A DNA stretch of 63,841 bases, filler included, from Octopus bimaculoides (taxonomy: Eukaryota), in NCBI RefSeq assembly GCF_001194135.2. It is 3 parts of 3 records of this genome, joined end to end, with 100 filler letters (N's around TTAATTAATTAA, not from the genome) between each part and the next. Parts side by side here need not be neighbours in the genome. Positions count along the whole stretch, not along the records: positions 33,206 to 63,841 come from NC_068988.1; 2 more parts are not named here. The stretch is one strand, 5' to 3'. The stretch's first letter is position 1, and every line of letters starts with the position of its first letter. The position numbers and the translations under genes are program-made. Shown here piece after piece: positions 63,096-63,841 of this stretch. The notes under the pieces were generated by a model that saw nothing but the letters and a program-made list of their open reading frames with translations, had not been told where the DNA came from and ran no database searches.

Positions 63096-63841
63096 AATGA
63101 GATACGTGCGGGTGGGTATGTGAGCTCAGATTTCACTGTAGATAATATTGCTCGAAGTTCACTCCCTGGTAATTTAGTAAGAACCACCAATGTACTTTCG
63201 GTGATACACAAAATATATTTCTTCCTTCAGTAACTAATGTATGAGAGTAATATAAGTAAACATTTACGTGCAAAAGCAATGGTGAAAAGTTTTTACACAA
63301 CTCAAATCCGTCTTTCTATTGTGTATTCTTCAGTTCCACCCGATCCGGATTTTCTTTTTTGTACTTCTTCTCAGAAACAAAGAAATAGTCTAGAACATAT
63401 GTGGCGATTGGTTCGAATCTTCGGAAAGTATGAATTGGTTTGATTCTCTGGTTTGTTCTGTTTGGAGCCTTTTGAACATAATTGCACGTGGTGGGGTACT
63501 GAAGTGTCTTTCTCAAAATCATCAGCTGCATAAATGTAGTAAAATCCTTACACTGAGAATCGAAACTGAATTGCAGATACAGCTCGGCAGAAGTTTACCG
63601 CTATCCTACATTATTTTGATTTTGATGTTATTATATTTAATAAATTGGTGACTTTGTTTTCCAATAGGTTAATGATACCAATCCCTGAGCTGGTTATCCA
63701 GTAATCCTTATACACTTTACCCATTTTTATACTGACATAAGAGCGTACTCTTATATCAGTATAAAAATTGGTAATTCATTATTTATTAGTACTCAGTTAG
63801 TGTATTGTACCGCACTTATATATATATATATATATATATAT

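Overview
AT-rich eukaryotic DNA saturated with microsatellites ((TA)n, (CA)n, (GA)n, (TCTA)n, (AAT)n) and decayed transposable elements, with many assembly gaps. The SINE families and overall repeat landscape look like an octopus (coleoid cephalopod) genome; this is my recognition, not a database result. I find no supportable host protein-coding exon, tRNA or rRNA gene. Recognisable elements are Tc1, mariner and maT-type fossils, a DD(81/82)E 'Sailor'-like transposase, a Chapaev3-like fossil, a hAT-type MITE, two L1/Tx1-clade LINEs, four RLE-domain (R4/Dong-like) LINE pieces (three of them stacked in (AAT)n tracts), two Penelope-like (GIY-YIG) fossils, and about 18 tRNA-derived SINE copies. 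The main unexplained signal is a set of short non-coding repeats from several unrelated families that each carry a minimal type I hammerhead ribozyme with a palindromic, dimer-requiring helix III. They lie at 4288, 11552, 17057, 32765, 34268, 37147, 37487 and 37657, with weaker candidates at 39115 and 61962. Two loci show tandem (339-nt unit), inverted and circularly permuted arrangements. That is the pattern expected of Penelope pLTR or non-LTR retrozyme elements copied from self-cleaving, possibly circular, RNAs. All folds were done by eye and ribozyme activity is untested.
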